From: an uncultured Candidatus Rokubacteria bacterium | Lineage (GTDB): Bacteria > Methylomirabilota > Methylomirabilia > Rokubacteriales > DASRDR01 | Assembly: GCA_963826115.1 (NCBI GenBank) | Contig: CAWGVS010000011.1 | Coordinates: 160,001-224,000, forward strand | Reading direction: 5' to 3' | DNA length: 64,000 nt | Shown: positions 52,497-62,550 of the stretch, one piece after another | Layout: every line of letters starts with the position of its first letter | Numbering within the stretch: position 1 is the first letter of the stretch | Made by a program: the position numbers and the translations under genes | The notes under the pieces: model-generated | The model's input: only the letters and a program-made list of their open reading frames with translations | Database searches by the model: none | What the model was told of the DNA's origin: nothing

Positions 52497-53660
52497 ATGC
52501 GGCGAGTGGCCCTGGTCGGAGCGGGCATGACGCGCTTCGGCGTGCGGAAGGCGACGTATCGCGACCTCATCTGGGAGGCCGGCAAGGCGTGCTTCGACTC
52601 GGTGCCGGCCGTGCGGCCGGCTGACCTCGAGGGCATCGTGGTGGGCTCGGTCATGCCGGAGCGCACCGTCTTCCAGAGCCACATCTCCTCCCTCGCCGCC
52701 GAGGCGCTCGGGATCAAGCCGAGCCGGCTCTCTGCCCGGACCGAGCACATGTGCGCCTCGGGCACCGTCGGGCTCCGGTACGCCTATGCCTTCATCGCAG
52801 CCGGCCTCGCGGATCTGGTCATGGTCCTCGGCGTGGAGAAGCTGAACGTGCCCACGCCCGACGAGGCTCTCCTCAACATGGGCGCGGGCGTCGACCGGGA
52901 GTGGGAGGCCGCACACGGGCTCACCGCGCCGCCCTGCTTCGCCCTGGCGGCGCAGGCGCACATGGCGCGCCACGGCACGACCGAGGAGCAGATGGCGCTG
53001 GTCAGCGTGAAGAACCACAACCACGCGAGCCGGAATCCCTACGCGCACTTCCAGAAGGGAGCGACCCTCGACCAGGTGCTCTGCTCCCGCATGATCGCGA
53101 CCCCGTTTCGCCTGTTCATGTGCTCGCCCATCACAGACGGCGCTGCTGCCGTCATCGTCGCCAGCGAGGAGCGGGCCCGCGATCTGACGGACCGGCCCGT
53201 GTGGATCCGAGGCACCGGCCAGGCCCTGGACGGGTTCACCCTGTCCGCGCTTCCCGAGGACTACGCGAGCTGGCCGTCGATGCGGCGGGCGGCGGAAGAG
53301 GCCTACCGGATGGCTGGCGTCGGCCCCGACGACGTGGATCTCGCGGAGGTGCACGACTGCTTTGCCATCGCGGAGATCATCGCCTACGAGGAGCTTGGCT
53401 TCTGCGCGAAGGGGGAGGGCGGCCGCTTCGTCGAGAAGGGCCTGTCCGATTACGGGGGGAAGGTCGTGGTCAACCCGCGCGGCGGGCTGATCGGCTGCGG
53501 CCACCCCCTCGGCGCCACGGGGATCGCCCAGGCTTCCGAGGCCTTCTGGCAGCTTCGTGGCGAGGCCGGTCCGCGCCAGGTGCCGGCGGCGCGGCTTGCC
53601 CTCACCCACAACAACTCAGGGATGGGCGAGCACGTCGTCATGCTCTACGGGCGTGACTGA
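52497..53660 (+). CDS. SCP2/archaeal-type thiolase-family protein
   Basis: GMTRFG, HMCASG, KNH..A..NPYA, CSPITDGAAA, AEVHDCF, GHPLGATG. Confidence 0.92.
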   Translation: MRRVALVGAGMTRFGVRKATYRDLIWEAGKACFDSVPAVRPADLEGIVVGSVMPERTVFQSHISSLAAEALGIKPSRLSARTEHMCASGTVGLRYAYAFIAAGLADLVMVLGVEKLNVPTPDEALLNMGAGVDREWEAAHGLTAPPCFALAAQAHMARHGTTEEQMALVSVKNHNHASRNPYAHFQKGATLDQVLCSRMIATPFRLFMCSPITDGAAAVIVASEERARDLTDRPVWIRGTGQALDGFTLSALPEDYASWPSMRRAAEEAYRMAGVGPDDVDLAEVHDCFAIAEIIAYEELGFCAKGEGGRFVEKGLSDYGGKVVVNPRGGLIGCGHPLGATGIAQASEAFWQLRGEAGPRQVPAARLALTHNNSGMGEHVVMLYGRD

Positions 53661-53727
53661 ATCGAGCCTCTTCGCGGGGACGTGACCGACCGGCAGCGCC
53701 GCCCTGTCGGCGGCGGCGCTGCCCGGA

Positions 53728-55171
53728 TCAGGCTGGCTGGGTTCCGGAAGCTGGCTGGCGCGGCCCCCCGCGCCAGCGCCGCCGCCGGCGCCGGCGGCCA
53801 CGCGCCGGCGGGCCAGCAGCAGGACCGGGAGGGAGCGTGGCCCGGTTACCGTCGATCTCGGGCAGCTCGGGCTCGCTATCCGCCCACCTGAGAAAGTCCG
53901 GCTGACGGTCGTCTTCCACTTCCTCCGTCTCGGCGGCCTCGGCTACGGGCTTCTCCACGATCGGCGCCGCGCTCTGGACTCGGGGCGCGCTCTCCGCCTG
54001 CGGCTCGTTCGCGGGCGGGACGCCGTCCTCGGCGAGGGTGATCGTCCCGGACGGGCTCACGAGGAGCTCCTTGATCCGGCGGAGCCGCGTGACGAGTCGG
54101 GGAGAGCCCGCTGGCCGCTGGAATCCCCGGGACTTCAGCGCGTTGGCCACCGCGTCGATGCTGACGACGCGCTTGGGCGCCGCCTCGACGAGGCCGCGGA
54201 CGACGGACACCAGCTCGTCGTGAGGAGCGGTGGTCTGGGGGGACTCGGGCTGCGGCCGCGGGGCATGCGAGGTGACCGGACGACCTCTGCCGCCGCTTCC
54301 CGTGCGTCCGCCGCGCGACCCGCCGGACGGACCATGCCGAGGGCCTTCGCGCGAATCGACGTGCCGACGCTCGCCGGTCTGCGCCGGCGGCGGACCGCCG
54401 GGCCCACGCCCCCGGCGGCGACGCCGTCGGCGCGAACCTGAAGCGCTCGCGCTCGCCGCGAGGGGCCGGCTCTCCTCCTCGACGAGCACCGTCTCCGGCG
54501 AGTCCTCCTTGAGACGGCGATAGGACAGGCGGCGGAACTCGATCCCCAGGCTGGCGGCGACGTCTCCCACGGCGTCGAAGGCGCGGTCGTCGGACACGAT
54601 CTCGATGATGTCGCCGGGCCGGGCCGACGCCAGCCAGATCCCGGCCGCGACGGCGATGCGCAGGTCGCTCCAGTCGCGGACGCCCGTCGAGGGGGCGCTG
54701 TGCACGAGATGAGCCCCGCGCGCTGCCAGGAGCCGCGCTGCTTCATGACCCACCACGCGCCAGTTCGCGACGGCCACGAGCTCGGTCCGACGATCCCATC
54801 GGATCGACCCCCAGGTGGTCGATGACGTGGGCGAGGTGCTGGGCGCGGCTCGTGTTCTCGACGTCGAGGAAGATCGCGCGCCGGCCGGGGGGCCGCGGAC
54901 GCTCGGGCTCGGGCGGCGGCACGCGAGCGGCGAACGCGCTCTCGATGGTGGAGAGGGGTACCGGGAGGGGCTCGGGCTCGTCGATGACTCGGACGACGAC
55001 CGGAGCCACGGGCTCGGGGGGTGGTGCCTCGACGACCGCGCGACGCGAGCGCTCGGCTGCCTTCGGGCTTCTCCGTCCACTCGACGCCGCGCGGGAAGAG
55101 CTACTCCGCGTCTTCTTTCGGCTCCCGTCTCGGCTCGAGCTGGTCGTCACGGTCGCCTCAGTGTAACGCAT
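53728..55171 (-). CDS. NYN/PIN-like domain protein with low-complexity Arg-rich tails (frameshift near 54800)
   Basis: IFLDVEN, DWSDLRIAV, IVSDDRAFD acidic motifs; C-terminal HTH-like segment (IDAVANALKSRGF). Confidence 0.6.
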
Positions 55172-55282
55172 GACGGTGGGTTCGCGCGCGTCCCGGAGAC
55201 AGGAGGCTGCCGGGGCGCTTCGACCGGCGGACCCTGGCCCCTTCGAGGTCGGTACAGGACCCGGCTGCTATACTCCCGGCTG

Positions 55283-55814
55283 GTGAACACCGACGTGACG
55301 CCTCCGGTTGGGCAGCCTCTCCAGCTCGTGCACCCCGTGCTGCCCCCGGCGGGGTCGACTCTGGGGCGCCGGCCGGCCGAGCTATCCGGACGAGCCGCCT
55401 AGCGCCGACGCGGTGGATGCGGGCGTCCGAGCCTGGCGGGAGCTGGGGGTCGGGCTCGTACTGAGCCTCATCGAGGACTGGGAACTGCCGAGGCGGGCTC
55501 CGGGACTGTTCGAGGCGCTCGCGCGGGAGCGGATCGACCTGTGCCGGCACCCCATCGCGGACTTCGGGGCACCGCGAGACGTGACGGGGTTTCGTCGGTT
55601 GCTCCGTGACGTCGGGGAGCGCCTGGCTGCCGGCGACGGAATCCTGGTCCACTGCAACGCCGGTCTCGGCCGAACGGCCGTCGTCCTCGCATCCATCCTG
55701 AAGTCGCATGGGCTGGCCCTTGACCCGGTGACGGAGCTCCGGCGCATCTACCGGTCGAGTGCCATGCAGGAGCCCGTTCAAGAAGCCTTCGTCCGGGGCC
55801 TCCCCACGGGCTGA
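55283..55814 (+). CDS. Dual-specificity/tyrosine protein phosphatase (frameshift near 55345)
   Basis: HPIADFGAP, VHCNAGLGRT (HCX5R), Q..QE.F; TGcTATACT upstream. Confidence 0.85.
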
Positions 55815-55892
55815 TCTTTCTCGCAGCCGTTCCGCCAGTCGCGCCGGCCCATGTCGGCGAATGATAGACTGCCGGCTGGGAGAGTTGATCCC

Positions 55893-56375
55893 ATGACCGA
55901 GCCCGCCACCGCGCCGGGCACGCCAACCCGGCTTCCGTACGTCCGGGTGGTAGACCCGCTGCCCCTCGAGTCCCCGGAGCACAACAAGCTCCATCCCTTC
56001 TACGCGCATCTCGCGGAAGGCCGCCTGACCACGACCCGGTGCCGGGACTGCCGGCGGATCGACTGGCCGCCGCGGGGCTTTTGCCCCGCGTGCACGTCCG
56101 ACGCGTTCGACTGGGTGGACCTCCCGCCGGACGGCAAGGTGCACGGCTTCAGTGTCCAGGAGACCGGCGTGCCGGCTGGTTTCGCGAGACCGCTGGTGTT
56201 CGCGATGGTCGAGGTGGCGGGGCTCCGCCTATTCGCGCCTCTCGTCGGCGTCGCGGATCCAGCCGCCCTCGCGGTGGGCGCCCACGTCCGGTTCGCACCG
56301 GTCCGGGTGGCCGACGACCCGCAGGGGAAGCCGCGCTACCTGCCGGCCTTCACGCCAGCGGTGACACCACGGTGA
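55893..56375 (+). CDS. Zn-ribbon/OB-fold (DUF35) protein, thiolase partner
   Basis: [16 protein letters not shown]...PPRGFCPAC...WVDL..GKV. Confidence 0.9.
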   Translation: MTEPATAPGTPTRLPYVRVVDPLPLESPEHNKLHPFYAHLAEGRLTTTRCRDCRRIDWPPRGFCPACTSDAFDWVDLPPDGKVHGFSVQETGVPAGFARPLVFAMVEVAGLRLFAPLVGVADPAALAVGAHVRFAPVRVADDPQGKPRYLPAFTPAVTPR

Positions 56376-56775
56376 CGGACCGTCCGCTCAGGGTGCTGAT
56401 CGCGAAGCCCGGCCTCGACGGGCACGATCGCGGCGCCAAGGTGGTCGCGCACGCGCTCCGGGACGCCGGAATCGAGGTCGTGTATTCGGGGCTGAAGCGG
56501 ACCCCCGACGAGCTGGTGGCCGAGGCGTCCAGGAAGACGTGGACGTCATCGGCCTGTCGGTGCTCTCGGGGGCGCACCTCACGCTATCGGGGCGCCTCCT
56601 CGAGCGGCTTCGGGCGGCGGATGCCGGCGATGTCGCGGTCGTGGTCGGCGGCACGATCCCCGCCCGCGACGCCGCGGCGCTCCGCGAGATGGGGGTGCAC
56701 GCCGTTTTCCCGATGGGGACGCCGCTGCCCGAGATCGTGTCCTACTTCCGGTCGTTCCGCCGGGCGGACGGGTAG
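56372..56775 (+). CDS. Cobalamin-binding small subunit of acyl-CoA mutase (frameshift near 56528)
   Basis: [17 protein letters not shown] (DxHxxG), [18 protein letters not shown]. Confidence 0.9.
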
Positions 56776-56789
56776 GGAGGGGCGGGTCG

Positions 56790-58416
56790 ATGGCCGAGCC
56801 GCGAGGGGAGAAGAAGCCACGGGATGTGACGTACCTGGACGGGATCGAGGTGAAGCCCGTGTACGGCGCTGCCGACGTGGCGGGGCTCGACTACGGACGC
56901 GACCTCGGCGACCCCGGCGAGTACCCCTTCACCCGCGGGATCCATCCCCTCATGTACCGCTCGCGCGTGTGGACGATGCGGCAGTACATCGGCTTCGGGA
57001 CGCCGGTGGAGACGAACGCCCGCTTCAAGTATCTGATGGCCCACGGGCAGGACGCCCTCAACGTCGCCTTCGACCTGCCGACGCAGCTCGGGCTCGATTC
57101 CGACGACCCGCGCGCCGAGGGCGAGGTGGGGCGGGTGGGGATGGCGGTCGACTCCCTGCTCGACATGGAGGAGGCCTTCGACGGCATCGCCGCCGACCGG
57201 GTCTCCATCTCGTTCACGATCAACTCCATGGCCGCCTTCATCCAGGCGATGTTCCTGGTGGTGGCGGAGAAGCAGGGGGTCGCCTGGGACCGGGTCGTCA
57301 CCACGCCCCAGAACGACATCCTCAAGGAGTTCGTCGCCCGCGGGACGTGGGTGTACCCGGTGGAGTCCCTCGCTCCGCCTGGTCTGCGACATCGCCGAGT
57401 TCTGCGCGCGGCACGCGCCGAAGGTGAACCCCATCTCGGTCTGCGGGTACCACATCCGCGAGGCCGGGTGTACGCCCGCCCAGGAGATGGCCTACGGGCT
57501 CCTCATCGTCGCCGCGTACGCCGACCTCCTGGTGAAGCGCGGCTTGTCGGTCGACGAGTTCGCGCCCCGCCTGTCGTTCAACTTCACGTGCTGGGGGCGG
57601 CTGTTCGAGGAGGTCGCGAAGTTCCGCGCCGGCCGCCGGATGTACGCGCGCATGATGAAGGAGCGCTTCGGCGCGCAGAATCCCCGGTCGATGATGTTCC
57701 GGTCGCTGATCGGCGGGGGAGGGTCCGGCTTCACGGTGCAGGAGCCCGAGAACAACATCGTGCGGGGCGCGTACTACAGCCTCGCGGCCGCGCTCTCGGG
57801 GTGTCAGACGAGCGCCCTTCCGACGTACGACGAGGCATACACGATCCCGTCTCCCAAGGCGCAGCTCATCGCGCTCCGCACGATGCAGATCTGCGCGGAG
57901 GAGACGGGCGTCGCCGACACGGTCGATCCCCTGGCGGGCTCCTACTTCGTCGAGACGCTGACGGACGAGATGGAGGCGCGGATCCGGGCCGAGATGGAGC
58001 GGGTCGAGCGAATGGGCGGGATCATCGAAGGCGTCAAGTCGGGCGCCATCCAGGCGGAGGTCGCCCGCCAGGCCTACCGGTTCGAGCAGATGATGCTCTC
58101 CGGCGAGTACCCGAAGGTCGGGGTGAACCGCCACGTCGCGCCAGACGCCGGGCGCGACGCGTCGGACGCCATCGAGCTCTACGCGTTCGACGCCCGGGTG
58201 GCCGAGGCTCAGGTCGCCCGGCTGCAGCGTTTGCGCCGCGAGCGGGAGCAGGGCGCCGTGGATCGGGCGCTCGCGCGTCTCCGCGACGCCGCGCGCGGCC
58301 ACGACAATCTCATGCCGCCGATCCTCGAGGCGGTGCGGGCCTACGCCACGCTCGGAGAGTTGGCCGGCGCCCTCCGCGACGTGTGGGGCGAGCACAAGGA
58401 ACCGACCGCCTTCTGA
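56790..58416 (+). CDS. B12-dependent acyl-CoA mutase large subunit (frameshift near 57370)
   Basis: [63 protein letters not shown]. Confidence 0.9.
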
Positions 58417-58424
58417 CGAGCGCC

Positions 58425-59153
58425 GTGGGGACCGCAGAGGCCGCCTGGCTCGGCTACAAGGCGCGGAGCTTCGAGCTGCTCGCCCTCGCCGAAGGAGACC
58501 ACATCCTCGACGTCGGGTGCAGCACCGGGGAGGACGTCCGGGTCATTGCGGGCCGGGCGGCGGGCGTGTCCGCGACCGGCATCGACTCGAGCGAGGACAA
58601 GATCCGCGAGGCGCGCGCCCGGACCCTCGGCCTGCCGCGGCCCGTGGACTTCCGTGCGGGCGATGCCTACGCGATCCCCTTCGAGGACGAGACCTTCGAC
58701 GCCTGCCGGGCCGACCGCGTGTTCCACCATCTGCTCGAACCCGCGAAGGCCCTCGCCGAGATGGTGCGGGTGACGAGATCCGGCGGGCGCGTGATGGTGT
58801 GCGATACGGACTACGACAGCCTGTTCGTGGAGGCGGCCGATCTCGACCTCACTCACCGGATACTCGCGCACCACGCGGGCCGGATGGAGTGCGGCCGGGT
58901 GGGGCGGAAGCTCCCGGGGCTATTCCTCGACGCGGGCCTGGGATCGATTGCCGTCACCCCCTACGCGGCGGTCGCGACCGCGTACGACGAGGAGGTGCTG
59001 AAGCTCCGCGACAAGGCAGACCGCGCTGCCGCGAGCGGCGCGATCACGACAGTCGACGCTGCCCGGTGGGTGGAGAGCCTGATCGAGGCTGACGGATCCG
59101 GCCGGTTCGTCTGCGCCCAGATCGTTCTCACCGTGTGCGGGCGCAAGATGTGA
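58425..59153 (+). CDS. Class I SAM-dependent methyltransferase; start uncertain
   Basis: [32 protein letters not shown]. Confidence 0.85.
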   Translation: MGTAEAAWLGYKARSFELLALAEGDHILDVGCSTGEDVRVIAGRAAGVSATGIDSSEDKIREARARTLGLPRPVDFRAGDAYAIPFEDETFDACRADRVFHHLLEPAKALAEMVRVTRSGGRVMVCDTDYDSLFVEAADLDLTHRILAHHAGRMECGRVGRKLPGLFLDAGLGSIAVTPYAAVATAYDEEVLKLRDKADRAAASGAITTVDAARWVESLIEADGSGRFVCAQIVLTVCGRKM

Positions 59154-59929
59154 GCCCCTCGTCCTCCCCGGTCGCTTCGTCGCTTCCCGAGCGGCCGTAC
59201 GCGACGCTCGCGCCCTACTTCGCCCAGCTCTTCGAGCCTCGGGGGATCCGCCGCTGGTTCGCCGCTGCTTCGGGACTGGTCATGGCGGCCGGGCTCCGGA
59301 CCGGGCGCCACCTCGACGTCGGCGCGGGGACTTGCCGGTACAGCCGCTACTGGGCACGGGCCGGGTTCCGGTCGGTGTGCCTGGACATGCTCCACCAGAT
59401 GCTCGTGAGGGCGCGGCTCGTCGGCACGGAGGGCCGCCTCGCCCGGGTGTGTGGAACCCTCGATTGCCTCCGCCCGGCACCGACGTTCGACCTGGTCACG
59501 GCGATCGACGACGTCGTCGCGTACGTCGGCGCGCAGGACGGCGGAGTCGACCGGTTCCTGGAGCAACTCCGTGACCACGTCCGGCCGGGCGGCCTCTTCC
59601 TCTTCGACTTCATCACGCCGGCCGGCCGCCAGCGCTACACGTTCCGCAACTCGCGCGTGCTGGCGGGGGCTCGCGTCGCAGCGGACAGCCGCGGGCAGTT
59701 CGACGAGGCGGCGCGGACCCTGTCGGTCGACCTCACGCTGGAGACGCCCCACCATGTCGCCCGCGAGCGCCACGTGATGCGGCTCCACACCGTGGAGGAG
59801 GTCGAGGGGGCGCTCCGGCGTCACGGCTTCGACGTGGTGGTCGTCACCGATCTCTACGACGGCGCCGGCGTCTCGTTCCGGGCCGATCAGCCCTCCTACG
59901 ACGTGCTCGCGCGCCGGAGACCGGGCTGA
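59150..59929 (+). CDS. Class I SAM-dependent methyltransferase
   Basis: [31 protein letters not shown]. Confidence 0.8.
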   Translation: MSPSSSPVASSLPERPYATLAPYFAQLFEPRGIRRWFAAASGLVMAAGLRTGRHLDVGAGTCRYSRYWARAGFRSVCLDMLHQMLVRARLVGTEGRLARVCGTLDCLRPAPTFDLVTAIDDVVAYVGAQDGGVDRFLEQLRDHVRPGGLFLFDFITPAGRQRYTFRNSRVLAGARVAADSRGQFDEAARTLSVDLTLETPHHVARERHVMRLHTVEEVEGALRRHGFDVVVVTDLYDGAGVSFRADQPSYDVLARRRPG

Positions 59930-61123
59930 TGTTGCTCGCCGGCGTCCGCGTGCTCGACCTCTCGCGCATGCTGGCCGGGCCTTATGGCTCGATGCTCCTG
60001 GCCGACCTCGGCGCGGAAGTCATCAAGATCGAAGATCCGCAGGGCGGGGACCCGATGCGCGGGATGGGGCCGCCCTTCCTCGGGCCGGATCGCCAGAGCG
60101 CGTACTTCCTCTCGATCAACCGGAACAAGAAGAGCGTCGCTCTCGATCTCGAGACGCCGGAGGGGCGCGACGTCTTCCACGACCTCTGCCGCGTGTCCGA
60201 CGTCGTGTGGGAGAACTTCCGCCCCGGGGTCATGGCCCGGCTCGGCTGCGCGCCGGAGACGCTGCGCCGGCTCAACCCCCGCCTCGTCGTCTGCTCGATC
60301 TCGGCCTTCGGCCAGGACGGGCCGTACCGCGAGTGGCCCGCCTTCGACCTCGCGCTCCAGGCCATGGGCGGCGCGATGAGCCTCACGGGTGAGGCTGGCC
60401 GGCCGCCGGCGCGGATGGGGCTCCCGATGGGCGACCTGGCGGGCGGGATGTTCGGCGCGCTCGCCGTGGCGAGCGCCCTGTTCCGCCGCGGGCAGACCGG
60501 CGAGGGCGCGCACTTCGACCTCTCGCTCCTCGACTGCCAGGTCTCGCTCCTGACCTACGTCGCCCAGTACTTCTGGGCCGACGGGCGCGTGCCGGGCCGC
60601 GTCGGCTCGGGGCACGCCTCGGTCGTTCCCTATCAGGCGTTCGCCACCCGAGACGGCCACGTGGTGGTCGCGGTCTTCGCCGAGAAGTTCTGGACGGGCT
60701 TCTGTCGCGCCATCGAGCGGCTGGAGCTCGCGGCGGACGCGCGGTTCGACTCGAACCCGAAGCGGGTGGAGCGTCGCGGCGAGCTCCTGCCCATCCTCGA
60801 GGCGGTCTTCCCGACGCGGACCACGGCCGAGTGGCTCGAGCGGCTCCAACGGGAAGGCGTGCCCGTGGCGCCCATCAACACGGTGGACCAGGTCGTCAGC
60901 GACCCGCAGGTGCGTCTCCGCGAGATGGTGGTGGACCTCGAGCACCCGTCGCTCGGGACGCTCAGGACCCTCGGGACGCCGGTGAAGGTGGACGGGGCGC
61001 CGCCGTTCCGCCCCGCCGCCCCGCCGCGCGCTGGGCGAGGACACCGACCCGGTGCTCCGGGAGCTCCTGGGGTATCCGGCCGATCGGATCGGCGGCCTGC
61101 GGCAGCGGCGGATCATCGCCTGA
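59929..61123 (+). CDS. CaiB/BaiF family CoA transferase (C-terminal frameshift near 61030)
   Basis: RVLDLSRMLAGPYG, INRNKKS, ENFRPG, GDLAGG; true C-terminus LGEDT...LRQRRIIA lies in another frame. Confidence 0.9.
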
Positions 61124-61169
61124 GTGGCCCAGTGCTAGACTGGCAGCGACCAGCGGCCGAGGAGGACGC

Positions 61170-62021
61170 CTGAGGCCTTCGTTCGCCTACCATCGCCCCG
61201 CCACACTCGAGGAGGCGTGCCGGCTGCTCGTCGCGGAGCCCCGCGCGGCGATCCTGGCGGGCGGCACCGATCTCATGGTGCACCTGCGGCAGCCGCAACG
61301 GGGGACGCGCCCGCCGGCGGTCATCAACGTCAAGCGCATCCCGGGGCTCGACCGGATCGAGGCCAGCGCGCGCGCGATCCGGCTGGGCTCGCTCACCACG
61401 CTCGCGGCGCTCATCGAACACCCGATCATCCAAGCGGAGTATCCCGTGCTGCCGTTCACGGCGCGCTACATGGGATCGCCCGCGATCCGGCACCTCGCCA
61501 CCGTCGGCGGGAACCTCTGCAACGCCTCTCCCGCCGCTGACCTTTCGCCGGTGCTGCTCGTTCTCGACGCCGAGGTCGGGATCGTCGGCCCGGCCGGGCC
61601 GCGCCGGCTCTCGCTCGAGAGGTTCTTCCGGGGACCCGGACAGACGGCGCTCGCAGAAGCCGAGCTCCTCGCGTGGGTGGAGTTTCCGCGGAAGCACGCG
61701 GGATGGACGGTGCGCTACGAGCGGCTGGACGTCCGCCGCGCGATGGACATCGCGATCGCCGGAGCTGCCCTCGCGCTCCGGCTCGACGGCGGCAGCGTCG
61801 CTGAGGCGCGCCTGGCGCTCGGTGCGGTGGCGCCGACGCCGCGCCGTGTGCCGGCGGCGGAGGCCGCGCTCGTGGAGGGCGGCCTCGAACCGGCCGCCAT
61901 CGAGCGGGTGGCCGAGCTGGCGATGGCCGCGGCGCGGCCGATCGACGACGTCCGCGCGACCGCGGAGTATCGCAGGGAGATGGTCGGCGTCCTCGTCCGG
62001 CGGGCGCTCGCCGGTGGGTGA
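61170..62021 (+). CDS. Xanthine dehydrogenase family FAD-binding subunit (CoxM-like); possible CTG start
   Basis: FAYHRPATLEEA, AGGTDL, ATVGGNLCNASPAAD, PIDDVRATAEYR; GAGGAGG just upstream. Confidence 0.88.
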   Translation: MRPSFAYHRPATLEEACRLLVAEPRAAILAGGTDLMVHLRQPQRGTRPPAVINVKRIPGLDRIEASARAIRLGSLTTLAALIEHPIIQAEYPVLPFTARYMGSPAIRHLATVGGNLCNASPAADLSPVLLVLDAEVGIVGPAGPRRLSLERFFRGPGQTALAEAELLAWVEFPRKHAGWTVRYERLDVRRAMDIAIAGAALALRLDGGSVAEARLALGAVAPTPRRVPAAEAALVEGGLEPAAIERVAELAMAAARPIDDVRATAEYRREMVGVLVRRALAGG

Positions 62022-62028
62022 TCGGGCG

Positions 62029-62550
62029 GTGGCGGATCAGTATCGGCTCGAGCTGACGGTCAATGGGCGCCGGGCGCGCCGCGAGGTTCCGGGCTCCCGG
62101 ACGCTCCTCGAGCTCCTTCGGAATGACTTGCGTCTCACCGGAACGAACCTCGCGTGCGACACGGGCGACTGCGGCGCCTGCACGGTCCTGATCGACGGCC
62201 GCCCCGCCGTCTCATGCCTCGTCCTGGCGCTCGACGTCGACGGCGCCGAGGTGACGACCATCGAGGGGCTGGCCGCGCGCTGGCACGCGTGCTCGGACGC
62301 CCGGCCTCCGACCCTCCACCCGGTCCAGCAGGGATTCTTGGAGGAGGGCGGCGCCCAGTGCGGCTTCTGCACGGCGGGGATGGTCATGGCTGCCGCGGGG
62401 CTCCTCGAGGCGACGCCCGAGCCCAACGAGGCCGAGATCCGCGCCGGCCTCGAGGGGAATCTCTGTCGGTGTACCGGCTACGTCAAGATCATCCGAGCCG
62501 TCCAGGTCGCCGCGGAGCACATGCGCGCGGCGCGGGGGGCCGAGGCGTGA
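62029..62550 (+). CDS. Xanthine dehydrogenase family [2Fe-2S] subunit (CoxS-like)
   Basis: CDTGDCGACTV..SC, QCGFC, NLCRCTGY. Confidence 0.92.
   Translation: MADQYRLELTVNGRRARREVPGSRTLLELLRNDLRLTGTNLACDTGDCGACTVLIDGRPAVSCLVLALDVDGAEVTTIEGLAARWHACSDARPPTLHPVQQGFLEEGGAQCGFCTAGMVMAAAGLLEATPEPNEAEIRAGLEGNLCRCTGYVKIIRAVQVAAEHMRAARGAEA

Noticed and set aside
56790-59153. 787-aa ORF as a mutase-methyltransferase fusion
   Set aside because: A frameshift near 57370 joins off-frame sequence; the mutase ends at 58416
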